Shown: positions 45,438 through 56,129, counted from the stretch's first letter. The stretch is DNA of 64,000 bases from an uncultured Candidatus Saccharibacteria bacterium (GCA_964503715.1 CAZDAD010000002.1:5639-69638), one strand, 5' to 3'. Numbers and translations: made by a program. Notes: generated from the sequence alone by a model not told the origin.

Positions 45438-45904
45438 TGGCCGGTACATCTTCTGCACCATACTTTGACCCGACTGAGTTCGACACATCATCTTATGTTC
45501 GTAGGGCCGACAAGCCATGGGGCTATGAAATACATTGGGTACCCGAGGGCTTGCCATACATGGGTAAACTCTTGCACATCAATGCGGGTAAACGTCTGAG
45601 TATGCAAATTCATGACATCAAACAAGAAGCTTATTTCTTGATATCGGGCAGAGCCTCAATTATTTGGGAGAACAATAAGGGGGAACTGATAACCACCGAG
45701 CTAAAGAAGAACGTTGGCTATAGGACATCAGTTGGTCAAAAGCATCGTCTTTGTGGCATAACTGACTGCGATATAATCGAAGCCTCTACTCCTGAGGATG
45801 GCACGACATGGCGCCTAGAGGATGACTTTGCCCGAGGTAATCAAACTCCCGAGGAGCGAGCCGCTGAATATGCCAAGCATGCCAAAATCCAAAGGGGTAT
45901 GTAG
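45437..45904 (+). CDS. cupin-fold protein (type II mannose-6-phosphate isomerase-like)
   Basis: WGYEIHW...G.RLSMQIHD..QEAYFLISG...H.L is the cupin metal-site pattern. Its ATG overlaps the preceding stop (TAATG). Confidence 0.55.
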   Translation: MAGTSSAPYFDPTEFDTSSYVRRADKPWGYEIHWVPEGLPYMGKLLHINAGKRLSMQIHDIKQEAYFLISGRASIIWENNKGELITTELKKNVGYRTSVGQKHRLCGITDCDIIEASTPEDGTTWRLEDDFARGNQTPEERAAEYAKHAKIQRGM

Positions 45905-45948
45905 TAGTTCAGCGATTCTTCAGTAAGCGAGGTTATACTTAGAACTGT

Positions 45949-46611
45949 ATGAGGTTGCTTGTCGTAGAGGACGAAATCAAGATTGCCAAAAGCCTCGAGA
46001 AAGGGCTTAAGGCTGAGGGCTATGTCATTGACTTGGCCCTTGAATCTGGGACTGCTGAAATATTGTTCGATGCCAACAGCTACGATTTGGTCTTGCTGGA
46101 TTGGATGATTCCCGGTGGTCATGATGGCCCTGAGCTTATAAAGATTTGGCGCAAACAAAAGAAAAACACACCAATTCTAATGATTACCGCCCGTACTGCT
46201 ATTGGTGATAGAGTTGCGGGGCTTGATAGTGGGGCTGATGATTACCTTCCTAAACCGTTTGCATTCGATGAGCTATTGGCTAGAATTAGGGCCCTACTAC
46301 GCAGGCCCGTAACCGATCAACAGCTTGTCATGGAAATCGGTGGCGTACGATTGGACTCGGGTGCTAAGGCCGTATTTGTTGATGGCAAAAATGCCAAAAT
46401 GACAGCCAAAGAGTTTCGATTAATTGAATATCTGTTTCACAGTAATGGACAGGTTGTTAGCAAGGATCAGCTACTCAATCAGCTTTGGGCCGATGAAGAC
46501 CGAGTTCAGCGTAACACTGTCGAAACTTTCGTTGCCAACATAAGGCGTAAGCTAGGCAAACAAGGGAAAATTATAGAAACAGTCAGAGGCTATGGCTATA
46601 AAGTGGGTTAG
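45949..46611 (+). CDS. OmpR-family response regulator
   Basis: Receiver domain (LLVVEDE, DLVLLDWMIPG, KP) and winged-helix output domain (...VRGYGYKV). Confidence 0.9.
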   Translation: MRLLVVEDEIKIAKSLEKGLKAEGYVIDLALESGTAEILFDANSYDLVLLDWMIPGGHDGPELIKIWRKQKKNTPILMITARTAIGDRVAGLDSGADDYLPKPFAFDELLARIRALLRRPVTDQQLVMEIGGVRLDSGAKAVFVDGKNAKMTAKEFRLIEYLFHSNGQVVSKDQLLNQLWADEDRVQRNTVETFVANIRRKLGKQGKIIETVRGYGYKVG

Positions 46612-46621
46612 ACGCCTAAAC

Positions 46622-47644
46622 ATGTTCAACTCGGCGCGGCTTTCGCTGACGCTTTTTTACCTTGGCATCATAGTACTGCTGAACCTTTTGGTAACAGTTA
46701 GCGCAAGGGTACTGGCCGAAAGGGAGTTTCGTTGGGCCGTACAAGAACAACAGACTGCCGTAAATAGATTGAATGATACTGATTTCGCTAACGGTAACGA
46801 CTATCAGAATCGTGTCGAAAAGATTCAGGACAGACAATTTACAATAGTTAGCCAGCATCTCAACCAGAACCTCCTGGTTATTAATCTCTGTGCTTTTGTA
46901 GTCGGTGGCATATTAAGCTATTGGTTTGCGGGCAGGGCACTGAGCCCAATTAAAGAAGCTTTGGAGTTGCAAGCTAGATTCACAGCAGACGCTAGTCACG
47001 AGATGAAAACGCCGCTAGCAAATATGCGACTTGAAAATGAAATCTTTTTGCGTCAAAAAAGCTTTACTCCTCAGGAGGCAAAGGAGCAGATAGAGAGTAA
47101 CCTTGAGGAGGTCCAACGCCTCGAGAAATTATCTCTGACCATGTTAGCTCTTCACCAATACGGACAGGTAACCCTTGATAGAGCGCCAACATTTATTGCA
47201 CCTGTGATTGAAGAAGTTCTGCATCAACATGAGTCTACGTTCGCTACACGCAAAATCAAGGTTCATCACAAGATTGCGCCCGCCAAGATTATGGTTAATT
47301 CTGACAGTATCAAGCAACTGATGTCTATTCTCATAGATAACGCCGTCAAACATGGTGGCCAGGGCAAAAGTGTATCGGTCAATGGCTCCCTAAGGGGCAA
47401 ATGGTATGTCATAGCTGTTATTGATAAGGGGCCAGGTATCGCTCAAGAGGACTTACCGTATATTTTCAATCGACTTTATAGAGGTGATAAGGCTCGTTCT
47501 AAAAGAACTTTTGGGTACGGCTTGGGATTAGCTTTGGCGCAAGAGATATCTACCTCGAACGGTGGCTATATTACGGCCGAAAATAGCAAGCGTGGTGGTG
47601 CCAAGTTTGAGGTTATGCTACCTCTTGTAGCTAAAACAACTTGA
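46622..47644 (+). CDS. sensor histidine kinase (HisKA plus HATPase_c)
   Basis: H-box FTADASHEMKTPL, N-box LIDNAVKH, G1 DKGPGI and G2 GYGLGLALA. An alternative ATG at 46592 overlaps the regulator gene. Confidence 0.85.
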   Translation: MFNSARLSLTLFYLGIIVLLNLLVTVSARVLAEREFRWAVQEQQTAVNRLNDTDFANGNDYQNRVEKIQDRQFTIVSQHLNQNLLVINLCAFVVGGILSYWFAGRALSPIKEALELQARFTADASHEMKTPLANMRLENEIFLRQKSFTPQEAKEQIESNLEEVQRLEKLSLTMLALHQYGQVTLDRAPTFIAPVIEEVLHQHESTFATRKIKVHHKIAPAKIMVNSDSIKQLMSILIDNAVKHGGQGKSVSVNGSLRGKWYVIAVIDKGPGIAQEDLPYIFNRLYRGDKARSKRTFGYGLGLALAQEISTSNGGYITAENSKRGGAKFEVMLPLVAKTT

Positions 47645-47656
47645 TATAATGTTGTT

Positions 47657-48343
47657 ATGAAGACTTTGTTCATGGGCCGTAAGGACTTAGCTCTCTGGTC
47701 TCTAGCAGCTTCTAGCGGGGCTAGTTTTTTGTTGTATATGCCCGTACTATTCTCTGGTAAAGCAGCTACCTTTAGTTATCTGCCAATCAACCTCTTGATT
47801 GCCTGGGCTGCATTTGGGTCAACTTTGTTGCTTCAGACTGTGCTCAAGCGTATTCGGTGGTCAAGCTGGCTGGGGATTGGCATAAGTGCTTTTTGGCTAG
47901 TGTTGTTGCCCAACACCTTTTATATGATTAGTGACTATATTCACTTACGCTCAGTGCCCGTTAATAGCTTGCTTTTTTATGTCGCTTTGTTTACCTCCTT
48001 TATTATCAATAGTTTAATCCTAGGTTTTTTGAGCATTTTTTTGGTACACCGTGAACTCTTGAAGAGAGTTTCTGCTCGGGTGGCTATGCTCTTCGTGCAG
48101 CTGGTAATTTTGGCTAGCAGCTACGGTATTTACGTCGGCAGGGTGCTTAGATGGAACACCTGGGACATAGTTACGAATTTCCCATCGCTGGTATTTGATA
48201 TCTCTGATCGCTTGTTGCACATTTTTTCTTACCCAACCATGATATCAATCACGGCCAGTATATATGTTTTGCTCGCTAGCTTTTACTTGTTGATCTGGGC
48301 TTTTGCCAATCTGACAGTTTTGCGCTCATCACGTTCTAGATAA
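47657..48343 (+). CDS. polytopic membrane protein (possibly DUF1361-like)
   Basis: 228-aa ORF with about 6 hydrophobic helices. The family assignment rests on weak recollection only. Confidence 0.45.
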   Translation: MKTLFMGRKDLALWSLAASSGASFLLYMPVLFSGKAATFSYLPINLLIAWAAFGSTLLLQTVLKRIRWSSWLGIGISAFWLVLLPNTFYMISDYIHLRSVPVNSLLFYVALFTSFIINSLILGFLSIFLVHRELLKRVSARVAMLFVQLVILASSYGIYVGRVLRWNTWDIVTNFPSLVFDISDRLLHIFSYPTMISITASIYVLLASFYLLIWAFANLTVLRSSRSR

Positions 48344-48369
48344 GCCCTCTCTGTTATATAATGTAGTTT

Positions 48370-50025
48370 ATGGAGACTTTAACGACCGCGCTTCAACGTG
48401 CCGTAGAGCAATTATTTGCCATCGACATCGTGCCAGAGTTAGCGCGCCCTGATGGGCAATTTGGCGATTACACTACCAATGTATCAATGCAATTGGCGGG
48501 TCGTTTACGTCGTAACCCTCGTGAAGTTGCGGAGCAGCTAGCCGAAGAGCTCAAGAAGCTCAATATACCAGGCATCTCAAATATAGAGATTGCGGGTCCA
48601 GGCTTCATCAACATAACACTAACCGATGCAGCTATTATGGAAGCGGCCAAAACAGTTGACAGTGCGCCAATGCTGGCGGGTAAAAAAGTGGTTATTGAGA
48701 CAAATAACCCCAATCCCTTCAAGGATCTGCATATTGGTCATGCCTATAACTCAATCATTGCTGACACGATTGCTAATGTGGTAGAGACCGCTGGCGCCGA
48801 AACGCATCGTGTTAGCTATCACGGCGATGTCGGCCTACATGTTGGCAAGAGTATGTGGGCAATTCTTAAGTATGCATCGGGTGATATTTCCCGTCTACAA
48901 TCTATGCCAGCCTCCGATAGACCCGCTTTCTTGAGCAAGATGTATGCCGAGGGCGCCACAGCCTACGAAAACGATGACCTTGCCAAGCAGGAGATAGAGT
49001 CTTACACACAGCAGTCGTTCAGTCTTGATGATGATTACTTCAAAGAAATATACGAACTTTGCAAGACATGGAGCTTTGACTACTTTAGCGAGGTATTTTC
49101 GAAGATTGGTAGTAAGCCTATTGAGCGACGCTACCTGGAGCGAGAGACTGATAAGATTGGCCGCACAGTGGTAGAGCAGCATATTGACGATGTATTTGAG
49201 CGAAGCGATGGTGCGATTGTATTCAAGGGCGAACCTTTTGGTTTGCATACACGAGTATTTATTTCGAGCCGTGGCACTACTCTGTATGAGGCTCGCGACC
49301 TTGGTCTAATGACTATCAAGAACGACGAGTACCACCCTGATTCAAGCTACATTGTTACTGCAATCGAGCAAAAAGAATACTTCAATGTGGTTCTGAAGGC
49401 AGCATCACTTTGTTTGCCCGAACAAGCTGACCAAACTTGTAATATACCCACCGGAACAGTCAAACTCAGCACTGGCAAAATGAGCAGCCGAACTGGCGAT
49501 GTGGTAAACATTGGCTGGTTATTCACGGAGATTGAAAAGGCTCTCAAGGAACGTGGGGCAGCCACCGACAATATTGCCATGGCAACAGTCGGCGCTCTGC
49601 GCTATACAATGCTCAAAAACCGAGTCGAGAACGATACTATCTTTGACATTAGCGAAGCGATTAGTTTGGACGGCAATAGCGGACCGTATCTTCAGTATGC
49701 ACATGCTAGAGCCCGAAGCATCTTGCGTAAGGCAGAGACAACTGGCAGTGTCTATATAACTGAGCTTGAAGCCGATGAGCGAGCTTTGGCACGCAAGATT
49801 AGTCAGTACCAGGACGCCTTTGCTAAATCAGCCCAAGAATTGATGCCACATCATATATGCACTTATTTATATGAACTAGCTCAAGTCTTCAACCGTTTTT
49901 ATGAGCATAACCGAGTTATAGGTGATAGCAGGCAGGCCGAAAGGCTGGCTCTAGTAGAGTGTTACGCCTCAACACTCAAGCGTGGTCTAGCGGTATTGGG
50001 TATTGACGCCCCAGAAAGCATGTAA
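48370..50025 (+). CDS. argS: arginine--tRNA ligase
   Basis: N-terminal Arg-tRNA-synthetase domain, HIGHA, MSSRTG (KMSK-equivalent) and a C-terminal DALR-type anticodon-binding domain ending in M. Confidence 0.9.
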   Translation: METLTTALQRAVEQLFAIDIVPELARPDGQFGDYTTNVSMQLAGRLRRNPREVAEQLAEELKKLNIPGISNIEIAGPGFINITLTDAAIMEAAKTVDSAPMLAGKKVVIETNNPNPFKDLHIGHAYNSIIADTIANVVETAGAETHRVSYHGDVGLHVGKSMWAILKYASGDISRLQSMPASDRPAFLSKMYAEGATAYENDDLAKQEIESYTQQSFSLDDDYFKEIYELCKTWSFDYFSEVFSKIGSKPIERRYLERETDKIGRTVVEQHIDDVFERSDGAIVFKGEPFGLHTRVFISSRGTTLYEARDLGLMTIKNDEYHPDSSYIVTAIEQKEYFNVVLKAASLCLPEQADQTCNIPTGTVKLSTGKMSSRTGDVVNIGWLFTEIEKALKERGAATDNIAMATVGALRYTMLKNRVENDTIFDISEAISLDGNSGPYLQYAHARARSILRKAETTGSVYITELEADERALARKISQYQDAFAKSAQELMPHHICTYLYELAQVFNRFYEHNRVIGDSRQAERLALVECYASTLKRGLAVLGIDAPESM

Positions 50026-50030
50026 AGATT

Positions 50031-50480
50031 ATGGCAGATAAGCTAACCAGCAGTAAAAAATCAGTAGACAAACCAATCAAGAACACGTCAAACCGTGCCG
50101 CCAAGAATGGGAGCCCTAGACGCGTCTCAAGGGTGAGCAAGCGTGCTGCGAAGGTGGCCCCTAATGGCTTCGTTGACTTTCTCCGTGAACAGAGTGTAGT
50201 TGGCCTAGCAATTGGACTTGTCCTAGGCACTCAAGCAAAGGCATTGGTAGACCAACTAATGACTAGCTTTATTAATCCGTTGACTGGTCTGCTGCTACCG
50301 GGGGGTGGAACCCTCAAGACCAAAGAAGTAACTGTACACCTTTTGCATAAGTCCAGCGTATTTACGTGGGGTGCATTTGTCAGCTCGTTATTAACCTTCG
50401 TTATCGTCTCGGCGGTCGTATACTACGTGTTCAAGGGTCTAAAGCTAGATAGACTAGACAAGAAGAAAGAGGATAAATAG
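50031..50480 (+). CDS. mscL: large-conductance mechanosensitive channel with a basic N-terminal extension
   Basis: GFVDFLREQSVVGLAIGLVLG...FINPL matches the MscL TM1 region. About 45 Lys/Arg/Ser-rich residues precede it. Confidence 0.8.
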   Translation: MADKLTSSKKSVDKPIKNTSNRAAKNGSPRRVSRVSKRAAKVAPNGFVDFLREQSVVGLAIGLVLGTQAKALVDQLMTSFINPLTGLLLPGGGTLKTKEVTVHLLHKSSVFTWGAFVSSLLTFVIVSAVVYYVFKGLKLDRLDKKKEDK

Positions 50481-50481
50481 C

Positions 50482-51042
50482 ATGCCCAAGGTCTCAATAA
50501 TTCCCCAAAAACTACTCTGGGCTGACCTAGAGATGACGGGCCTGTCTACTGACGAGGACGTTATACTCGAGATTGCAGTCGAGGTTACCGACTTTGAATT
50601 CAAGACTCTTGCAACTTATGAGGCTAGAGTTTCTCACCCTAAAGATATAGTTGTGGCTCGTATGCAAAAAAATAATTGGTGGCAAGAATTCCCGTCTAAC
50701 AGAGATGATTTTGTCAATAATCTAGACAAAGGCAAGCCACTCTATCAGGTAGAGCAGGAACTTATTGATTTGGTCAAAGAACACTTCGGCAGTGAGCCTG
50801 CTATTCTGGCAGGCAACTCTATACATAACGACCGAAACTTCATCAAGCGCTGGTGGCCAGAATTTGACCTCAAACTTCACTATCGTATGCTCGACGTGAC
50901 TTCACTCAAGATATTTATGCAGGGCAAATACGGTCTAGAATTCGAGAAGAAAGAGGTTCACCGAGCTTTTGATGACATACAGGCCTCAATCGCCGAACTG
51001 CAATACTATATTGATTGGCTTAGGAACGAGAATGGATCATAA
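50482..51042 (+). CDS. orn: oligoribonuclease (DEDDh 3'-5' exonuclease)
   Basis: LLWADLEMTGL (Exo I), AGNSIHNDRNF (Exo II) and HRAFDD (Exo III). Confidence 0.85.
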   Translation: MPKVSIIPQKLLWADLEMTGLSTDEDVILEIAVEVTDFEFKTLATYEARVSHPKDIVVARMQKNNWWQEFPSNRDDFVNNLDKGKPLYQVEQELIDLVKEHFGSEPAILAGNSIHNDRNFIKRWWPEFDLKLHYRMLDVTSLKIFMQGKYGLEFEKKEVHRAFDDIQASIAELQYYIDWLRNENGS

Positions 51043-51358
51043 ACAGGTAGAAGACTATATACTAAGTTTCCCCAACACTCGCTTAGACTACCCATTTGGC
51101 AAAGACGTTGCCGTCTACAAGGCTGCTGACGATAAAATGTTCGCTCTTATCAGCGAGGACAGCAATCCTCTGAGGCTAAGTTTGAAGTGTGACCCACGCT
51201 TGTCTCAATTGCTACGCGAGAAATATGAGACCGTTATGCCAGGTTATCACCTCAATAAAAAGCATTGGAATACAATCGTGCTGTCAGGACAGCTAGGTTG
51301 GGACGAAGTTCAGGACCTAATTAGGCTGTCTTATAATCTCGTCACTAGCAACAAGTAA
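51032..51358 (+). CDS. MmcQ/YjbR-family protein
   Basis: LDYPFG.D...YK...KMFAL and GYHLNKKHWNTI are patterns typical of YjbR-like proteins. The ATG at 51032 overlaps orn by 11 nt. Confidence 0.65.
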   Translation: MDHKQVEDYILSFPNTRLDYPFGKDVAVYKAADDKMFALISEDSNPLRLSLKCDPRLSQLLREKYETVMPGYHLNKKHWNTIVLSGQLGWDEVQDLIRLSYNLVTSNK

Positions 51359-52057
51359 CTATTGCTCTTCTTGGCTGTAGGGTATCTGGCTGATTAGTAG
51401 TTCTGTCTGTTCAATGTAGCTGGTGGTTATGCTTTTTTCGGTCTTACTTTTGGTTGTGGCATTAATTTGTTTGAGTGTTTTAGCATACGACTCGAGCGAG
51501 GTTTGCATAATCTCGGAGTAGGTTTTGTCGAAGGTACTGGTGCTTTTGGCGGTGGCCAATTTCTGGTCGGTTGCCCCATTTATTTTGAGCTTAAGCTCGT
51601 CGCCCTTTACCTTAACACCATTTTTTGCGAGTATTGCTAGCACTTGTTGTTGCTGACTGGTGACTGAGGTATCAACGGTAAATGCTAAGTTTTTGACTCC
51701 CTGTAGTGTAGCGGCGGCCTCAGCTTTCTGTGAAACTCTAATAATTTCGTTCTGAGTCTGGGCCAAGCCAATAAGACTGGCCTTGCTACTGTTGCCACCA
51801 CCAGAGAGTAAATTCATAATCAAAATCAACATTATAATCAGTACGGCTGCCCCGCCGACGATAATTCCAATGGTTACACCAAAGTTGCCACCTCCGAAAT
51901 TGAAGCCTTTTTTTACGGGCTTCTGTGGGCTAGTTATGAAATCATACTGGTTTTGCGGACCCTGTGCGCCAGGCACTGGCGTGGGATATACAGGCTGTGC
52001 TGGAGGCGTGGGTGGCGTGACGGGATTCTGCGGTTGAAACTGTTGGTTTGGATCCAT
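51359..52057 (-). CDS. hypothetical single-pass membrane protein with a P/Q-rich cytoplasmic N-terminus
   Basis: Begins MDPNQQFQPQNPVTPPTPP..., then a TM helix (VTIGIIVGGAAVLIIMLILIMNLL) and an extracytoplasmic helical domain. Trimmed to the ATG at 52057. Confidence 0.5.
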   Translation of the reverse strand: MDPNQQFQPQNPVTPPTPPAQPVYPTPVPGAQGPQNQYDFITSPQKPVKKGFNFGGGNFGVTIGIIVGGAAVLIIMLILIMNLLSGGGNSSKASLIGLAQTQNEIIRVSQKAEAAATLQGVKNLAFTVDTSVTSQQQQVLAILAKNGVKVKGDELKLKINGATDQKLATAKSTSTFDKTYSEIMQTSLESYAKTLKQINATTKSKTEKSITTSYIEQTELLISQIPYSQEEQ

Positions 52058-52161
52058 GACATTATTTAAGCATAACCAGGGACATGTTTCCATTGGTTAT
52101 GGATTTGTTTTAAATTGTCGTACCTCTGTTCTACAGGGGTTATATAGGGTACAATGGCAAT

Positions 52162-53919
52162 ATGGATGCAGTAGAGGACATCAAACAGAGACTCGGCATC
52201 GAAGAGGTGATTGGTGAGTATGTTGAGCTCAAGCGTTCAGGCCGTAATTGGAAAGGGTTGAGCCCTTTTAGTAGTGAGCGCACGCCTAGCTTTATGGTTA
52301 GTCCCGAAAAGCAAATTTGGCATGATTTTAGCTCAGGCAAGGGCGGTAACATGTTCAGCTTTGTTATGGAGATGGAGGGTCTGGACTTTCGAGGTGCCCT
52401 TGAGCTATTAGCTCGTAAGGCAGGTATAGACCTTAGCCAATATCGAAGCAGCCAATCATCAGATTCACACCGTGACAAAGAAAAATTGTATGAAATACTT
52501 GAGTGGGCCACTAAGTTTTACCAAACTCAGCTCAAACATAATAATTCGGCGCTGAAGTATGTTATCGAGAAGCGTGCCTTCAGCAAAGCTACGGTGCTAG
52601 AATGGCGGCTGGGCTATAGCCCGCAGTCGGGCAGGGCACTACTAAGCTTCCTGAAGGGCAAAGGTTTTAGTGACTACCAGCTTAAACAAGCTGGTCTGAC
52701 CTCTCAGCGATACGATGGTCTAGGTGACATGTTCCGTGGCAGACTGATGATTCCTTTAGCAGATCCACAGGGTAGGATAATAGGCTTTACTGCAAGATTA
52801 TTGGTCGATGACCCTAAAGCTCCCAAGTACATCAACACACCGCAGACAATTTTGTATGATAAGTCTAATCATGTATTCGGCTTGCACTTGGCCAAAGAGT
52901 CTATACGCAAACAAAAATTTGTTGTGATTGCCGAAGGTAACCTAGATGTAATTAGTAGCCATCAGGCTGGGGTAGAGCAGGTTGTTGCTACTGCGGGTAC
53001 GGCATTGACACTACAGCAGCTCAAGACCTTAGGTCGATTCACTGGTGATATTAGGTTATGTTTTGATGCCGACGCCGCAGGAGTTAGCGCGACCGAACGG
53101 GCTGTGCCAATTGCCAATGCCGCTGAGGTTTCGCTGAGTATACTCGATATACCTAGCGGCAAGGACCCAGATGAACTAATTCGCCAGGATAAAAAGCTAT
53201 GGCAAGACTTAGTTGGCAGGCCTAAATACGCTGTCGACTGGTTGGTTGAGCATTACCAAAAGGCTTTTGACATAACCTCTGCACAGGGCAAAAAAGCTTT
53301 TAGTGATAAGATGATTGAAACCCTGCGTGGTCTGCACGACGAAGTAGAAAGAGAACATTACATTGGGCTGCTAGCCGAACTTTTGGGAGTAAGTCGTAAG
53401 GCTTTGGCTGATAAACTTAGCGGCAAAGTTGAAATTAAGCCTAGGCTTAAAAAGAAAAAAACTGATATCGTTCTGCCGCCAAAGGACATTCTGGACTACA
53501 TAAAGACCCAGAATCATATACTCGCCCTGGCCCTTATGCAGCCCAGCCTTAGGCCGAACCTATCAGGGCTATCAGCAGATATGTTTACTGAGGGCCAAGC
53601 CCGACAATTATTTGAATTTTTGACTGCTCACCCCGAGTTTACGGGTAAGCCAACAGAGGTGGACGAATTGCAATCATTAACAGATTATGTTAAGATGCTG
53701 GCATTGCATTATGAGATGCTTTATCAGGATATCGAACTGCGCGAACTTCAATATGAAGCTGAGCTAAGACGAACCAAGTTGATAAGCCAATACGTAAAAA
53801 TTCAAAAACAGTTATTGCTGCACCAATATGATGATTTGGGCGATGCAGCCGACACAAAACTCTTGAGCAAAGTAAAAGAATTAGATGCGCTATTAAAGCC
53901 CCATAGAGGAGATATGTAA
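52162..53919 (+). CDS. dnaG: DNA primase
   Basis: ERTPSFMVSPEKQ...GGNMFSF (zinc-binding-domain homology region), a TOPRIM domain (VIAEGNLDVIS ... CFDADAAG) and rpoD directly downstream. Confidence 0.9.
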   Translation: MDAVEDIKQRLGIEEVIGEYVELKRSGRNWKGLSPFSSERTPSFMVSPEKQIWHDFSSGKGGNMFSFVMEMEGLDFRGALELLARKAGIDLSQYRSSQSSDSHRDKEKLYEILEWATKFYQTQLKHNNSALKYVIEKRAFSKATVLEWRLGYSPQSGRALLSFLKGKGFSDYQLKQAGLTSQRYDGLGDMFRGRLMIPLADPQGRIIGFTARLLVDDPKAPKYINTPQTILYDKSNHVFGLHLAKESIRKQKFVVIAEGNLDVISSHQAGVEQVVATAGTALTLQQLKTLGRFTGDIRLCFDADAAGVSATERAVPIANAAEVSLSILDIPSGKDPDELIRQDKKLWQDLVGRPKYAVDWLVEHYQKAFDITSAQGKKAFSDKMIETLRGLHDEVEREHYIGLLAELLGVSRKALADKLSGKVEIKPRLKKKKTDIVLPPKDILDYIKTQNHILALALMQPSLRPNLSGLSADMFTEGQARQLFEFLTAHPEFTGKPTEVDELQSLTDYVKMLALHYEMLYQDIELRELQYEAELRRTKLISQYVKIQKQLLLHQYDDLGDAADTKLLSKVKELDALLKPHRGDM

Positions 53920-53922
53920 CTT

Positions 53923-55080
53923 ATGCCAAAGGCAAAAAAGAAACTAGATGACGATAAGTCGCAGCCAGCTGACCTAAACGAGATTAAAGACACTCTTGTA
54001 GCCTCCGCCAAAAAGCGTGGAACCATTGATCAACGTGATATTGTTGCTGTGTTACCAGATACGCCAGAGAATGCAGAACTACTAGATAGTCTATACACAG
54101 AATTAGCCGATGCTAATGTTGAGGTTACTGCAGAGTCAGATGACACCACAGAAGAGGTTCCGATAATTTCTGAAGATACTATGAGTGATGAGTGGGCGCT
54201 CGAAGATGGTGAAGAAGTTATTGTCGAAGATCAACGTTATTTGGATGATATTGCTGATGACTCTGTCCGCCTTTATTTGCGTGAAATTGGTAAGATTCCT
54301 TTGCTTAGCTCCGAGGAGGAGCTTGAACTGGCTCACCGTGTCGTGGCTGGTGACAAAGTTGCCAAGGACAAAATGGCCGAAGCCAACATGCGACTTGTCG
54401 TGTCTATTGCAAAACGCTACGTTGGTCGCGGCTTAGACCTACTAGACCTCATCCAAGAGGGTAACACTGGTCTACTACGTGCTGTTGAGAAGTTTGATCC
54501 AGATAAGGGATTCAAGTTCTCTACGTATGCGACTTGGTGGATTCGACAGGCAATTACTCGTGCCATCGCTGATCAGGCTCGCACTATTCGTATTCCTGTG
54601 CACATGGTTGAAACTATCAACAAGCTGCTTCGCACACAACGTCGCTTAACTCAGGAGCTCAACCGTGAGCCAACAAACGAAGAGATTGCGGCAGCAATGG
54701 AAATCGAAGTCGAAAAAGTTGAGCATATCATGAAGATTAAGCAGGATATTTCCAGTCTTGACGCTTCTATTCGTGATGATGAAGAAGAGTCAGTACTGGC
54801 TGACTTTATCGAAGATGAAGATACTATTTCTCCTGAAGAGTCCGCAACTAATCAGCTGCTCAAAGAGCAGGTTAAGGGTATGCTTGGAGCTCTTACGGAG
54901 CGTGAGCAAAAGATTCTAAAGCTACGCTTTGGTCTTGAGGATGGCAAGCAGCACACTCTAGAAGAAGTTGGACAGGAATTTAGTGTAACGCGTGAGCGTA
55001 TCCGCCAGATTGAGGCGAAGGCTCTAGCCAAACTCCGCAAGCATAAAGATGCCAAGAAGCTTCATGACTACATAAAGTAA
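53923..55080 (+). CDS. rpoD: primary RNA polymerase sigma factor
   Basis: [41 protein letters not shown] (region 2) and a region 4 HTH ([18 protein letters not shown]). Confidence 0.95.
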   Translation: MPKAKKKLDDDKSQPADLNEIKDTLVASAKKRGTIDQRDIVAVLPDTPENAELLDSLYTELADANVEVTAESDDTTEEVPIISEDTMSDEWALEDGEEVIVEDQRYLDDIADDSVRLYLREIGKIPLLSSEEELELAHRVVAGDKVAKDKMAEANMRLVVSIAKRYVGRGLDLLDLIQEGNTGLLRAVEKFDPDKGFKFSTYATWWIRQAITRAIADQARTIRIPVHMVETINKLLRTQRRLTQELNREPTNEEIAAAMEIEVEKVEHIMKIKQDISSLDASIRDDEEESVLADFIEDEDTISPEESATNQLLKEQVKGMLGALTEREQKILKLRFGLEDGKQHTLEEVGQEFSVTRERIRQIEAKALAKLRKHKDAKKLHDYIK

Positions 55081-56084
55081 TCGGTAGGTTCTGGGTCGAA
55101 TTTTTCAAACCTACTTAGCGGCAGCTTACGAGCTGTGGCGATTGCTTGAGTAAGCCTGATTATCTCTTGGTCCCGCAGCTTCAGTGTTTCATCGCTGTAA
55201 GCTTTTTCTTTGATAATTGTTTTGAGCCCACTCGATATATCGCGATAAAGTGAGTAAATTGATTCGCAGCCTGCTGTGATGAGCGTTGCCGCAGTTGGGT
55301 CGTCTAGTTTTTGCCCTTCTCGTGGGCTGGGATAGGCAATTACCGTTGCGTATGGTTCACCGTAATCTGAGTATTCACCTAGAATATCTGCAAGAAAATC
55401 TTCACTATCTGTGCCATCGTCAGATTCAACTTGACCAAGTTCGTCAGCAGCGGCTAATTCCTTGACAGTCGTGTTATATCTAAGCATACGTAGTGGCCCC
55501 AGGCCGTTAGTGGGTGCCAGTAGCACATCGTCCAGCATAATCTCATCACCCATAAAGCTACTGAGAACTTTCATATAAAATCTGTGTTTGACCTCATTTG
55601 ATGGAGCTCTTGATATTGGCTCACTATGCCTGAGCGCCGCAATGATTGATAGCAATTCATCATCTGTTGGCTTCATCTCAGCTGCTTCTCCGCAGGATTC
55701 GGCCTTACGATCAACGTCCAACTCCCTACCATTATTGATGATGGTGTAGTGGGTGGAGTTCTCTAGGCCTAACAATATCTCGCGCTGCCTGGCAATATGA
55801 ACGACACCCTCTATAGGAATCAAGCCATTTTTGGTTATACTCGGCCCTTTAGTACTTGGCCTAGTGATACTGATTATTCTGCCTCTGAATTTTGGGTCCA
55901 AAGAGTGCAGCTTCAGAACTTCGAAAGGGTATCTAATTTCACCGCCAATTATTGCTTCCCCTTTTACTACATCATCAGGGTAAACATTAGTGAACATATT
56001 ATTCAGCACATAGTTAAGATGGTTGCGTGTCGCAACACTCGACCCACCACCTTCAGCTCCATGCATCGGGGAAGGTTTTTCCAT
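55068..56084 (-). CDS. hypothetical protein
   Basis: 338-aa ORF with no motif recognised. Its 3' end overlaps the rpoD 3' end by 13 nt (convergent). Confidence 0.45.
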   Translation of the reverse strand: MEKPSPMHGAEGGGSSVATRNHLNYVLNNMFTNVYPDDVVKGEAIIGGEIRYPFEVLKLHSLDPKFRGRIISITRPSTKGPSITKNGLIPIEGVVHIARQREILLGLENSTHYTIINNGRELDVDRKAESCGEAAEMKPTDDELLSIIAALRHSEPISRAPSNEVKHRFYMKVLSSFMGDEIMLDDVLLAPTNGLGPLRMLRYNTTVKELAAADELGQVESDDGTDSEDFLADILGEYSDYGEPYATVIAYPSPREGQKLDDPTAATLITAGCESIYSLYRDISSGLKTIIKEKAYSDETLKLRDQEIIRLTQAIATARKLPLSRFEKFDPEPTDYFM

Positions 56085-56129
56085 AGATATATTCTAAGAA
56101 GTAAGTTGTGTTTTTGTCAAAAAATAGTT

